Assembly (NCBI RefSeq): GCF_006345805.1
Contig: NC_043011.1
Span: 50,294,464 to 50,358,463 of the forward strand
Source: Octopus sinensis
Taxonomy: Eukaryota
Direction of reading: 5' to 3'
Length of the DNA: 64,000 bases
Shown here one piece after another: positions 25,196 through 37,835 of this stretch. A model generated the notes under the pieces. That model had not been told where the DNA came from. It worked only from the letters and a program-made list of their open reading frames with translations, and ran no database searches. Position 1 is the stretch's first letter. The number at the start of each line of letters is the position of its first letter. A program made the position numbers and the translations under genes.

Positions 25196-26310
25196 GTGCG
25201 TAAATAATATCTTATACATGATGCAAGCAGTTTATCATAAAACTAAGGCCTCCGAATCAAGTAAATTAGAGTAAACGTTTATTCTATTCTGAGATATATA
25301 ACGTCGTGAATTTAGATACTATAGAAAGTAAGCAACATTTACAATATATAAACTGACCTTTGAACTTTCCGCTTTGAAAAACATCAAAGATTCTTGGCCC
25401 AAACATTCTTAATTAAATTTCAATGAACAAAAAGTAATCAATCGTAATGAGATAGTTTAGTTTTACATACATGAAGTCCATGCCCTATTCACTCGGACTT
25501 ACCCAACACTAACTGAGTCCTGCATTAACTGTATCCCTATTTTGCTCTTGTTTCACACCTGTGAACAACCCAGGTGAAGCTGAGTGTCAAAGTAGACTTT
25601 CAATTTTGATATTATATAGAATGCTAGCAATGCATCTCGGCGTTGCCCGGGTGAATTGAGTTACTGGTTTGATGGAAGTAATTGTTTGTTTAAAAGTGAA
25701 GTGGGAGAAGATACAATTTGCATGGGTCTGCATGAAAGTGCTTTCTGTTCTTAAGAAGGATCACAAACTCTGTGTTGTTTCATCATATAAAAGGGGGTTA
25801 ATAGGATTTTGCCCAGAAATTAATTTTTTTTGTCTTAAAGAAACACTCAATGCCACTTAATCAACTCACCAAACTATTACCCACCCGCTTTCAAAAAGCT
25901 AAAATTTTCCAATGTTTCAGTTTCGTCTGATGTTTTACGCTTACGTAAAATTTATTGAAATAGCAGACGTAAAAAATACCAGATCACCACCAGATAATTC
26001 GACATGGTAGAAACAACAGGTAAATGACATTATTTCTGAAGAATTTTACCCGCTTTCCAAAAAGTTAAAAGGGAAACATTGGGCGTTTGTAGCTTTTTTC
26101 AAAGTGGTGAAGTGATGGGTGGGTGTTGTGGAAGGAGGTTTTAGTGTTTCTTTAAGAAAAAGGAGGAAAAAAGTCTTAAAGATTCGTACTCTTTTTTTCT
26201 GTGGATTACCAAAAGAAAAATATGGAGAAAAGTAAAAGTGAAGAAATTGGGGTTGGGAGTGATAAAATGAAAATATTATGAATTTGATTTTTGGGTGAAA
26301 TCCTAATGTC

Positions 26311-26534
26311 CTCTTTTACTCTTTTACTCTTTTACTTGTTTCAGTCATTTGACTGCGGCCATGCTGGAGCACCGCCTTTAATCGAGCAACTCGATCCCGG
26401 GACTTATTCTTTTGGAAACCCAGTACTTATTCTACCGGTCTCATTTGCCGAACCGCTAAGTAACGGGGACATAAACACGCCAGCATCGGTTGTCAAGCAA
26501 TGCTAGGGGGACAAACACAGACACACAAACACAC

Positions 26535-26571
<37 letters not shown>

Positions 26572-26737
26572 TACGACGGGCTTCTTTCAGTTTCCGTCTA
26601 CCAAATCCACTCACAAGGCTTTGGTCGGCCCGAGGCTATAGTAGATGACACTTGCCCAAGGTGCCATGCAGTGGGACTGAACCCAGAACAATGTGATTGG
26701 TAAACAAGCTACTTACCACACAGCCACTCCTACGCCT
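26311..26737 (-). mobile_element. SINE family A, full copy
   Basis: Colinear reverse complement of 59911-60338 with three tail units. Confidence 0.85.
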
Positions 26738-27040
26738 GTATAGAAAAGAGAGGAATCGAAAGTAATTTAGGGAAAAAAATAAGGGCAAGGCACAAATGCC
26801 ACCTCGGACATGCTAGAAACAACAGGTAAAGGATAGGATTTCTGGGAAAACATTACTTTGTACTGAGTTTATATAGGAAAACAGGATTTTGAACACAAAT
26901 TATAGAATATAAAAAGTTCATTTCAATTGGATTTGAGCTGCAATTTACGCGTGCACACAGCAAGAAATAACATAATTCGTACCGAAGTTTTACTTAGCAC
27001 GTGTGTGTTTGTGTGTGTGTGAGTGTGTGTGTGTGTGTGT

Positions 27041-27079
<39 letters not shown>

Positions 27080-27655
27080 TGTGTGCATGTGTGCGTGTGT
27101 GTGTGTTTGTGGGGGGGGGGGCATGCGTGTCGAAGGAAGCTATTTTATGTCATTCTCTCGTTTGAAACTGCAATGTTAATTCGATCATATGATTGTTCGA
27201 TAATTTCCGTAAATTTCTTTAACTTTTTGATACTTTGAAGAGAGCAGAAATTGAAAGAGAGGAAAAAGTGAGAAGGCGACACTTGCTTTGAAGCGAGAGT
27301 GGAAAGTGAAGGAGAGGAGAAAGTGAAAAATGTATGAACGCGTTTGTGAAATGGACGTGTGTGTGTGTGTGTGTGTGTGTGAATGTGTGTGAGTGCGTGA
27401 GAGAGAGAGAGGTGAGATAGAAACAGAGAGAGAGAGTGAGACAGAAACAGAGAGAAAGTGAGAGAGAGACATAGAGAGCGTGAGAGAAACAAGGAGAGAG
27501 TGAGAGAGAAACAGAGAGAGAATGAGAGAGAAACAGAGAGAGAGTGAGAGAGAAACAGAGAGAGAATGAGAGAGAAACAGAGAGAGAGAGTGAGTGAAGG
27601 TATGTATTGTCATGCATGTATCTTGTTGCATGTATGTGTAAGTGGCACTCACTCG

Positions 27656-27692
<37 letters not shown>

Positions 27693-28124
27693 TCTTTCAT
27701 ATATACGTACATAAATACAGATGCAGTCATCTATGTTGTATGTAAGTGCGCGTATGCGTGTGCATGCGAGAGTGAGTGGCTGTATTTCCTCTTAACATAT
27801 AGAGAAACGGTTGTCTTTTAATCACACTTTTTTGGTTATGGCTTATTTTAATACAATACTTACGTGTACATTTTCATAAATGATTATCTGAGTAGAATTC
27901 TACGCATGCGTGAAACAGTGCTCGAAAGTGAAACATTACAAGCCTGAAAATGACCTCAAAATTGTGAGACCCGGCCGCGTTTCCGAGGATATTCTAGTAG
28001 TAAAAAAGAGTTGCTGTGGAAAAAAACACACTTTATTTGGTCGCCTTTATATCAGTATATATATATATATATATATACACACACAGACACAGAGGTAGGT
28101 AGATAGATAGATAGACAGACAGAC

Positions 28125-28196
<72 letters not shown>

Positions 28197-28510
28197 GAGC
28201 AGTTTTCTTTATGATAGTTCAGACGTGACTAATTCGGAGAAACATTACTTTAATAATTCATACCTCGTCACTCTTGTAATGAAACACTTTAGTTCATATC
28301 AAAAGTATGTAACTGTTTTAACTTTCTAATGAGACCTAGTCATTGTAGAGCAGTGTCTTTCAAATAGCTAAAGCTGGTTGTTGAGATAACGTAAAAAATA
28401 TGTAAATGAAATTAAAGTTAATTTCGTAGCCGAAAGATTACTAAAGCTTTTGATACCCCATACGTCAAAATCAGCATCTCAGTTTTCGAATGCATAAGTA
28501 ACATAGGCAT

Positions 28511-28541
<31 letters not shown>

Positions 28542-28551
28542 CACACACGCA

Positions 28552-28592
<41 letters not shown>

Positions 28593-29134
28593 TCTCTTTT
28601 ATATATATATTAATTTTTTTTATAGGTCGTTCGTAGACTAATCAATCTTCATGCCAAATATTTTGTACAAAGACAATATCATAAAAATAATATATTTCTA
28701 ATTCTCTCAGAGAGATTTATGCAGTAGCAGCAGGAAAGAGTGATAGTGTGTTGTCAACTTAATGTGACAGCCCCATAAAAGGCAAGAATGTTACTGTTAT
28801 TTAGCCCTAGGAAACACCGTTTCCAGTTAGACTTGACACATTGGTTTTCATTTCAAAGATTTCCTTATTCCACATGGATTGTCTCACTACGACTAGTGAA
28901 CTCTATCTACCCTGACTACACTGGAGTGACGATGACTCTTCTGAGTTCCGCTACGCTTGGACGGGTCTGGCTTTTTTTATCTCATAGGGTGTCCAAACTT
29001 AATCTGCTCATCAAAACTGAGGTCGGTGCGGTTGCCGATTTAGTTGGTGAAGACCCGTCCGTGCAGAAGGCTGTACTGTGTCACATGTTATCCAAAGTGC
29101 AAGCGCAATCTGAAGGTATATGCATATAAACGGG

Positions 29135-29453
29135 AAAGACGACCTTCGGTCACGAATGACCGGGAAATTAGACCTAGAAAGTTCCTCTCCGAGGAAAAAT
29201 CCGGTCAATATTCAAGACCAAGAGTAGCCCATACATAGCAGCCTCCTCTCTCCACACCATCAAATTTGTCTAAGGGAAAGGAAAAGACCGATAGAGAATG
29301 ATATTAGTGACGTGGCAACTTATTTCTACATCTGAAGAAAGTGAAATAAAGTGCCGTGCTCAAGAACATAACTCACAGCCCAGACCGGAAATCGAACTCA
29401 CAAATTCACGATTGTAATACCGACGCTCTAATAAATGAGCCATGCACCTTCAC
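29135..29453 (-). mobile_element. tRNA-derived SINE family D
   Basis: Minus strand GTGAAGGTGCATGGCTC...GAGTTCGATTTCC head, then TTCTTGAGCA...CACTTTATTTCAC; related pieces at ~19215-19280 and 11025-11100. Confidence 0.7.
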
Positions 29454-29497
29454 ATGTATATACAGTTAGAGATATGTATGTATGTATGTATATATAT

Positions 29498-29551
<54 letters not shown>

Positions 29552-29692
29552 TACGACAGGCTTCTTTCAGTTTCCGTCTACCAAATAGTCCGGGGCTATA
29601 GCAGAAGACACTTTCCCAAGATGCCACGCAGTGGGACTGAGCCCGGAACCATGTGGTTGTTAGCAAGGTACTTACACACAGCCACTCCTGCG

Positions 29693-29761
<69 letters not shown>

Positions 29762-30386
29762 TCACAAGCCGGCCCTGAGGCTTGAGTAGTAGACACATGC
29801 CCGAGGTGCCACGTAGTGGGACTGAACTTGGAAACATGCAATCCGGAAACACACTTCATACCACACAGACACGTACAGTTATATATACTACGTGGCACCT
29901 CAGGCATGTGCCTACTACTCTAGCCTAATGGCCGGCTTGTGAGTAGATTTGGTAGACGGGAAGTGAAAGCCCTTCGCGTGTGTGTATATGTATGGGTGTG
30001 TATCTTTTAGTCTGTGCTTGTGTCTCCATCACCGCTTGACAACCGGTGCAGGTGTGTTTGTCTCAAATCTCTATCTCTTACGCTTCTGGTATCTGGTGAG
30101 ATGGGTCCGTCCTACGCGACCATGAAACTTTAAGTCGTAAGCAGCTAAATCAAACTTTTATTAAACACACTGACACTAGTTGGAAGATCATATAGTGTCA
30201 CTGTGTAAACGAGACTTTAAACAAATCATATAGCGAAATTCATTGATATAAATTTTATACATATACCTATATATACACACACACACAGAGACACACATGC
30301 ATACACATATACACATGCATAAATGCATACATATATGTGTGCATGTGTGTGTGTGCGTGTTCGTCTGTGACTGTGTGTGATATATA

Positions 30387-30435
<49 letters not shown>

Positions 30436-30906
30436 AATGAATTTCGCTATATGATTTAATGTCTTGTTTACATTTATGAACTACCACGTAGCGTTTAGGC
30501 AAATACAAATCGATAAAACAGGTAGCCAACTGAAATATATCTAATAATCCATTTCTCCTTCACCGTATCATTTTCTTTACGTCTTATCGCCTGATGTCTG
30601 AAACAATTCAACCAATCAGGAAACTTTTTCCATAGAAAAAGAAATATACTACATACACCATGACATATATCTATGTGTGTGTATACATATAGATATATAT
30701 GTATATGTATATAATGTATATGCATGAATGTGTATATATATACATGTATATGTGTGTATATATATATGTATATATATATGTATATATATATATATACTTG
30801 TGTGTATGTGTGCACGTATGTATATATGTATGAATGTCTTTGCATGCAGAGAAAGGGGTGTGTAGGATTAATAGAGATAGATATAAAATTATATATATTT
30901 ATATAC

Positions 30907-30937
<31 letters not shown>

Positions 30938-31146
30938 CACACAATTGCACGCTACCACCTTGACGCTATGAATATATACATATACACATATTTTATATGT
31001 ATTAGCGTCTTCATTTTACTAATATTCAATATATATGTGCATGTATATACATATATACATATATATATATATACATATATACACACACATACACACATAC
31101 ATATATAAGAATAAAAGAATACATATATTTATATATGTAGACAGAC

Positions 31147-31247
<101 letters not shown>

Positions 31248-32344
31248 CAGACAGACAGACAGACAGAAAAAGAAAGGAGAGACACAGACACAGAAAGGCA
31301 GAGCAATAGAGAGCAAGACGTAGTTTAAAATCTCTGCCAAAGAAGTTACTGTCTACTTCTGTAGATTGCCGGGAGAGACCAGAATGACATAATGAGATAA
31401 TGAGTAAATTTCTAAGTATGAAATCAATGGGCACACATCATTAGCACTAATAGGTTTTATCTAATTTTTGTTATTGCTCTCTTCCATCAACCTCTCTTGA
31501 CATCTCCATAACCCAATCTCCCAGACGGGGGGGTCTGACCAAATATATTGCAACCAGTCTCCAGGGTAAATACAATGGACCATTCTCTTCGTTTGAAGTT
31601 GAATTCTTTACAAATTACAATAATTGAATAATGCAAATAGTGCTTTCTCATACACACACATACATACATACATATACAAACATCTGTATTTATATTTATA
31701 TATATATATTATATATATATATATATTATATATATATATAATATATATATGTACGTATGTATGTATGTATGTATTGTATGTATGTGTATGTATGTATGTA
31801 TGTATGTATGTATGTATGTATGTATGTATGTATGTATGCATGCATGTATGTATATATATATATATTAAGTATTTGTATTTATGTGTTCCTCGTTCATACA
31901 CACGCATTGTCTTTTCTCTGAAACCAACACAAGAATTTCTTTCTCTCACACAGACACATCCGCACACACTTTATTTCTCGCTTTCAAAAACATTCACATA
32001 CACAATCTTTGTCGGTCTCTGGCATACACATACTATACGCACATACTGTCTCTGTGCCACACTTAAGTTTAAGGGGCTACTGTTGTTGACTTGGCTGTCC
32101 CTTGGTGAAGATACTGGCGGTGGCGATTGTGATGACGGTGATGATGTTCGTAGTGATGGTGATGATAACGCTGCCAATGGCTAAGGCGATAACGATGGTG
32201 ATGCTTATCAGCGTTTACAGAGATAACTATATACAAATATATACGTATATACATGCACATACACATACATGTATATACATATACATATATATATGCCTGT
32301 AGGTATATATGTATACATGTGTGTGTATGTATATATCTATATAC

Positions 32345-32810
32345 ATATAGATATGTCAGGTCTCTTTCGAGTGCTACTGGTAACATGTAACCCAGTACAA
32401 CATGTTGCATGGTCGGGTCGCCGGCGACTAAACCGGCAACCCCACCAAGCTTTCTTGATGAGGAGGGTGCTTATTGGACACCCTGCGGGATGAAAAACAA
32501 AACCCGTCAAAGGGCGGAGGAACACTTGAGAGTCAATGGCCATCCAATAAATGTCTTAAGGCTGTATCATGCGCGGGGACATAGAAATAATCGGACTGAA
32601 TACCCGATCGCGCGGTTAAACCATTGGGAGTGAAGGACTCCTAGCCTTTGTTAGGGCATCTTTCTAGGAGAAGGTAACTCAGGTAACTGGGATAACTCCG
32701 ACATAAAACCTGCGGCTCAGTGGTTACCGATGATGTTGTCTTGTTCTTCTTTTCGGATTATGGCTGCTGTGGCTTAGCGAGTGGGATTGACTCAGTGCAC
32801 AGCCTTTCCT
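32345..32810 (+). repeat. GC-balanced structured repeat, possibly an RTE-type 5' UTR
   Basis: Sharp boundary with (TA)n; contains CTCCTAG...CTAGGAGAAGGTAACTC...AAAACCTGCG, resembling RTE 5' UTR motifs as I recall them (not verified). Confidence 0.35.
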
Positions 32811-33497
32811 CACTTTAAAAAAAATATCTTCTTGCACAGGCATTGCACGATAACAAAATTGATTAAGCTTCATGCAATGGCCATACTCGATAACGAGGGG
32901 GCAGCCACCACATATAGATATATACACCTGTATACATATATGTATACATATATATATGTATATATCAATGTATACACACACGCACATATATTTATATGTA
33001 TTTGATATACACAATTACAAGTGAGCTACTAATAGTTTCAGGCCTTAAGATACATTAAATTGTCAGAATTACATAACATGCAATGTATCTCCAAGTAATG
33101 TTTCTGGTTTGTTTTGTCGAACTGGAGGACACCAACCGCCTCGATCGAGTAAATTGGGCCTCCCTCAAAATTGGGCCTCTATTCTTTTATATAATTCTGC
33201 ACTAGATACGTTATTTATGGCTTTTACAATCAAAAGAAAAAAGATTTTGGTCTTCGTTCTTTACTTCATCCTTTTTTTTTTTTTCATTTTGTCCCACTTT
33301 ACATTATTAGATTGTTACCTAACACTCCATTGTATTTATTGCGCGAAAGCGATACATAAGCCCAGCCGAGATGGATACTTAATACTATAAAATTCGGATA
33401 ATATAACCACTCTACTGACAGTTATATCAGAGCATATTCTCCCTGACTTATGGTGTCCTAGACGTCTCACACATGTATATATATATATATACATATA

Positions 33498-33535
<38 letters not shown>

Positions 33536-33779
33536 CATACGTAAGCATTAACAGTAGCTATAATATTATGCAGCACGGAATTTTGTCAGTGAACAGGTTG
33601 CGGTCTCAATGCGGCGAAAATATTTTGACAAATTAAATTTAAATGCTGAAGTGAATCTTACGGATTTTGTGTGTTTCTTAAATGGCTTATCTTATAAACA
33701 CCTCCCACGCTGCAATAATATTAAGGTTAGCAAGAATATTGGTTATAGAGTATATAATAACTGAGTGACCCCTAAAAAT

Positions 33780-34160
33780 TGCAATTCACTGGATCGAACT
33801 AATTGTCCGTTTAGAAGGGCATGTCTAACAAAAAATATAACTCATAGATAAACTATAATTATCGGTAGTAGCACTTTTATATACACATGCAGTTCACATG
33901 ACTTCAAGTCGAGATTATATAACCATACATCCTCGTTTAAACATAGAAAAAAAGGCTACCAGCACCTCACTACGTATGAAAATTTCGCAACTAAATGACA
34001 ATAATATTAAATTTGAAATTTCGTGGGGCATTATTCGAAAGACGCCACCGTATTCTAAGAAGAGATATGACTGCAAATTGTTCTGCACTGAACTGTACGA
34101 AATATTAAAGACTAAAGATAAGGATAACTTACTTAATAGCAAATCGGAACTTCATGAAGT
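33780..34160 (+). pseudogene. Penelope-like element GIY-YIG endonuclease fragment
   Basis: Across frameshifts: CN..RTNCPF..ACLTKNI; DFKSRLYNHTSSFKH; ISWGIIRKTPPY...CKL...LLNSKSEL, the typical PLE linker/GIY-YIG C-terminus. Confidence 0.75.
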
Positions 34161-35086
34161 TCGCCGTGTATTTGCATGCTTCAAGCTGGTTACGTCCCTT
34201 GTTAATTTAATTACTTCTTACCAACCTCATCCCTTACGCCTTCCATCCATATGTTCATGCATAAAACGTAGTGTAATAGTAATACAGTGAATGAACTCGT
34301 CTCCTGACCCTCTCTCCCTACATCATACTACAACTGGTATATTTGATTATTATAATATATTCTTATGTAATTATATTATTCTCTTACTGGTTGACAGTAA
34401 AATCATAGGTGCCCATGGGCACCTGGCTGTTTTAAGCATATGGGCATATGCATTTATTAATACACAGCCCTATACTCGTTTATGTATTCATATTTTTATT
34501 ATATTATATATTTTGCGTGTTTATGTTCTGAGTTCAAATTCTGTCTTTCATCCTTTCGGGGTTCGATTAAATAAGTAACAGATAAGCACTGGGGGTCGAT
34601 GTAATCGACTTAGTCACGTCCCCAAAATTTGAAGCTCTGTATTTCCAGTAGAAATGATTATATTATATAGTCTGATTTTCTGTATTTTCCTGTATGTTTT
34701 ATATTTTCTTATATTTATATTAATATGTTATTAATATTTACATTAAATTATAAATGACATATTCTATATCTTCGACACAATTCTCATACTTTATATATTT
34801 TTTTATATTTTTTTTAATATTTTTTTCATGTATTCCTATCATACTTTTTATATTCTTGAAATAGTTTATACTTTATATTATACATATATCTCAAAATCTG
34901 GTTCTTTTTCATCCTTCATATTCTATGCCCTGATTATGTTTCTACTTTTTTACTTTTTGTATTTATCATATATCTTTTGATATTTCATATTGTATTCATT
35001 TTGCTTTATTTTCTTATTCTACTTTATGTTTATCTGAGTTTATTGATCTTGAGTTGTCATTCCTTTAGGCTTATGTACAGATATAT

Positions 35087-35165
<79 letters not shown>

Positions 35166-35200
35166 CATATATATAGATATAGATATAGCTGTATATGTAT

Positions 35201-35251
<51 letters not shown>

Positions 35252-36505
35252 TATAGATATATATACATATATATATATACTACATATATATGTACATGCA
35301 TACATGTATGTGAGTGTATAACAGATAGATACAAATTGAAAGCATATTTGCAATTATCATTATTATTATCGTCGTCGATTCCAGAGTTGAACTGGTACTT
35401 ATTTTATCAACCCGATAGACATAAGTGCATACATACATATATATGTATGTATATGTATATGTATATGTGTATATATATGTATATATATATATGCAATTGT
35501 GTCACGGGTGTGTCCAATAAATATGCGAGTGTGATGGTATTAATTTTATCATATTATATATGCATATGCAGATGTAGATATGAGCAGTTGGGTATATGTA
35601 TATATGTATATTGAAGTGTGTATTTGTGTGTAAATATATATATTCATATGTGCATATAAATGCGCTTAATGTTTAAGTTATTGTGTAAGTATATGCATAT
35701 GTATGCTTACTCCTGCGTCCTAAATACATGAATGAGTGCAATTAGGTAGAAGTCAAGCGTAGGTGTTTAGCATAAGTGTGTAGCGCTTATGAATATGTAA
35801 GGATAGGCGTGCAATTACACATTTGAATATATGTGAGCGGATAGATATGTTAAATCCATGTGTGCATGGCTGGTTGTATACATTTGTGTATGTGTGTGTG
35901 TTTGTGCGTGTGTATGTGTGAATATATATGTGTACTGTATGTGTATATAGGTGTAGGTATGGCTCCATATATATGCATGTGTTATTATTGTCCGCATAGT
36001 GTTGATAAGTACATGCTTCTATATGCGACTTAGTAGATTCATTACTATATATTTCCTTGTGTGAATATTTGTACACAAGTATACGTGTATGTCATTACTC
36101 ATTTGTATTTCAAAATTTCTTGCCAATAGAGAAAGAGTCGGTTTCTAACCTAGATACAAGGTTCCTTCATTGAAATTCCAACGTCAACGACAGGGTATTT
36201 TTGTATGTATGCAAAAATATGTTCCCCAGTCTTTCCATTTATATTACATTATAATACGTTTGGGCCTTTTCTCATTTGTAACTCTTAACGAGGTAGAACG
36301 TAATACGGTACACATGTCCATATATCTCCGTCCACTTTAATCACCTTCCACACCCCTCCCCTGTTTCAGGAGCTTAACACTTTTCTCGCTATAAGCTATA
36401 TACTAGCGTAGTTATGCACTCTCTGTCCTTATTTCGGTCGGTAGAATAAAAATGGTACATTTGATTTGTTATTGGGATGTTCAAGATGTTTAATTTTTAC
36501 ACGTA

Positions 36506-36588
36506 TTCACCTGACGAAAACGGTTTTAACGCATGATATAACACTTAGATTCATCAATGAAAAACACGTCGGAAACAGCTGTAGTGAA
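36506..36588 (+). ncRNA. Type I hammerhead ribozyme with extended helix II
   Basis: TTCAC-CTGACGA-[54 nt, with ACG-GTTTT pairing AAAAC-A-CGT]-GAAA-C(AGCT)G-TA-GTGAA; GUA triplet at 36581-36583. Confidence 0.65.
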
Positions 36589-36637
36589 CCACAATCCCTC
36601 TGTTGTTATTTGTTTATATATATATATATATACTATA

Positions 36638-36741
36638 TTTAAAAGCAGCAGAAATATAACAAAAGCTGTTACTCAGAATTTCACGAACGGGAACGTGAAA
36701 CTCTGATTAACAGCTTTTGTTGTATTTCTGCTTCTTTTAAA
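36638..36741. repeat. 48-bp inverted repeat (4 mismatches) formed from an HHR-bearing repeat end
   Basis: Arms 36638-36685 and 36694-36741; the + strand centre reads CGA-ACG(GGAA)CGT-GAAAC-TCTGA-TTA-ACAG, the 3' half of an HHR. Confidence 0.75.
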
Positions 36742-36815
36742 TAAAGCATATTACTCTGCCTCTGGCATTTGTGTACTCTTTTTTCCACCTTGTTTCACAT
36801 TTATGTGCTTACTCC

Positions 36816-36853
<38 letters not shown>

Positions 36854-36936
36854 GGTCCCGGGTTGAGTCGGGGTTAACCACAGTAAATAAGGTACTCAAT
36901 ACATAGCAGAGTAAAGTAATTTATTTTATAGAAGGA

Positions 36937-36985
36937 GCTTCTACAGGACTAGAACTGTTTCATTCAGATGAAATCTTCAGGAAGC
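36937..36985 (-). ncRNA. Hammerhead ribozyme (minus-strand arm of the palindrome)
   Basis: Identical to 36998-37046, read on the minus strand. Confidence 0.65.
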
Positions 36986-36997
36986 TCATTTGTATTT

Positions 36998-37046
36998 GCT
37001 TCCTGAAGATTTCATCTGAATGAAACAGTTCTAGTCCTGTAGAAGC
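36998..37046 (+). ncRNA. Type I hammerhead ribozyme
   Basis: GCTTC-CTGAAGA-T-TTC(ATCT)GAA-T-GAAA-CAG(TTCTAGTC)CTG-TA-GAAGC: 5-bp helix I, weak helix II, 4-bp helix III, GUA triplet. Confidence 0.65.
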
Positions 37047-37074
37047 TCCTTCTATAAAATAATATATATATGTG

Positions 37075-37106
<32 letters not shown>

Positions 37107-37835
37107 GTTGTGTGTATAATTCGCTACACAATCGAAATTACTATTAATAGTTTCATTCAAACAGAGCCTGAAAGATTGAGTGGGGACACATGACGCATTT
37201 TATAAATATGCCTAGTTAAAGCGTCATCAAGGCATGAAACTACTAGTAGCTCTCTCGGTTGTGTATTAAATTTTCGGCATTCTAAGTGTAATTTACCCAA
37301 TGTTTCTCCTGTTCTAAGACATACATAAATACATTCATACATGCATACATACACACATACATACATATACACGAATGTACGCATATGTGTACATATGTAC
37401 ATAGTGTGTTTCACATTAGCTCGTTTAATTGGCTCCATGAAGATATTGCGCCGTGGAAATCTTGCTAATTAACAATAAGATCTAAGAAATTCGGTAATAG
37501 GTTTAAAAACTTTCGAAAAACTTGATTCATTTTGTTTCATGTTATTTATTTTCACCACATTTCAAAGAAATATAAGAATACATGATAGTGAAAATGTATT
37601 TACTGTTTAAACTTTTATGACATATGAAAGCGATGTTTATCGCTTTTTTGTAGAGAAATAAACAAGAAACATGACATGTTATGAATACATTTCTTTGTAA
37701 AATTTTATAATTTCAACTCAATTCTATACATGTTTTTTTTTTCGTTTTTTTTTATTATCTGGGGTATTCGTTCTTACTAGCTTGTATTATTTGTTAGTAC
37801 CATCCTTGTTAGTACCATCTCTAGGTTGACATATA

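Larger units (their letters stand above)
36921..37062. repeat. Perfect 65-bp inverted repeat with 12-nt spacer
   Basis: 36921-36985 is the exact reverse complement of 36998-37062. Confidence 0.95.

Noticed and set aside
26037-26095. CTGAAGA...GAAAC...GTA motif
   Set aside because: No helix I pairing and no credible helix II closure.
27400-27600. CRISPR-like or regular spaced array (also 46816-46880, 59208-59293)
   Set aside because: No unique spacers; these are simple tandem repeats in a eukaryotic context.
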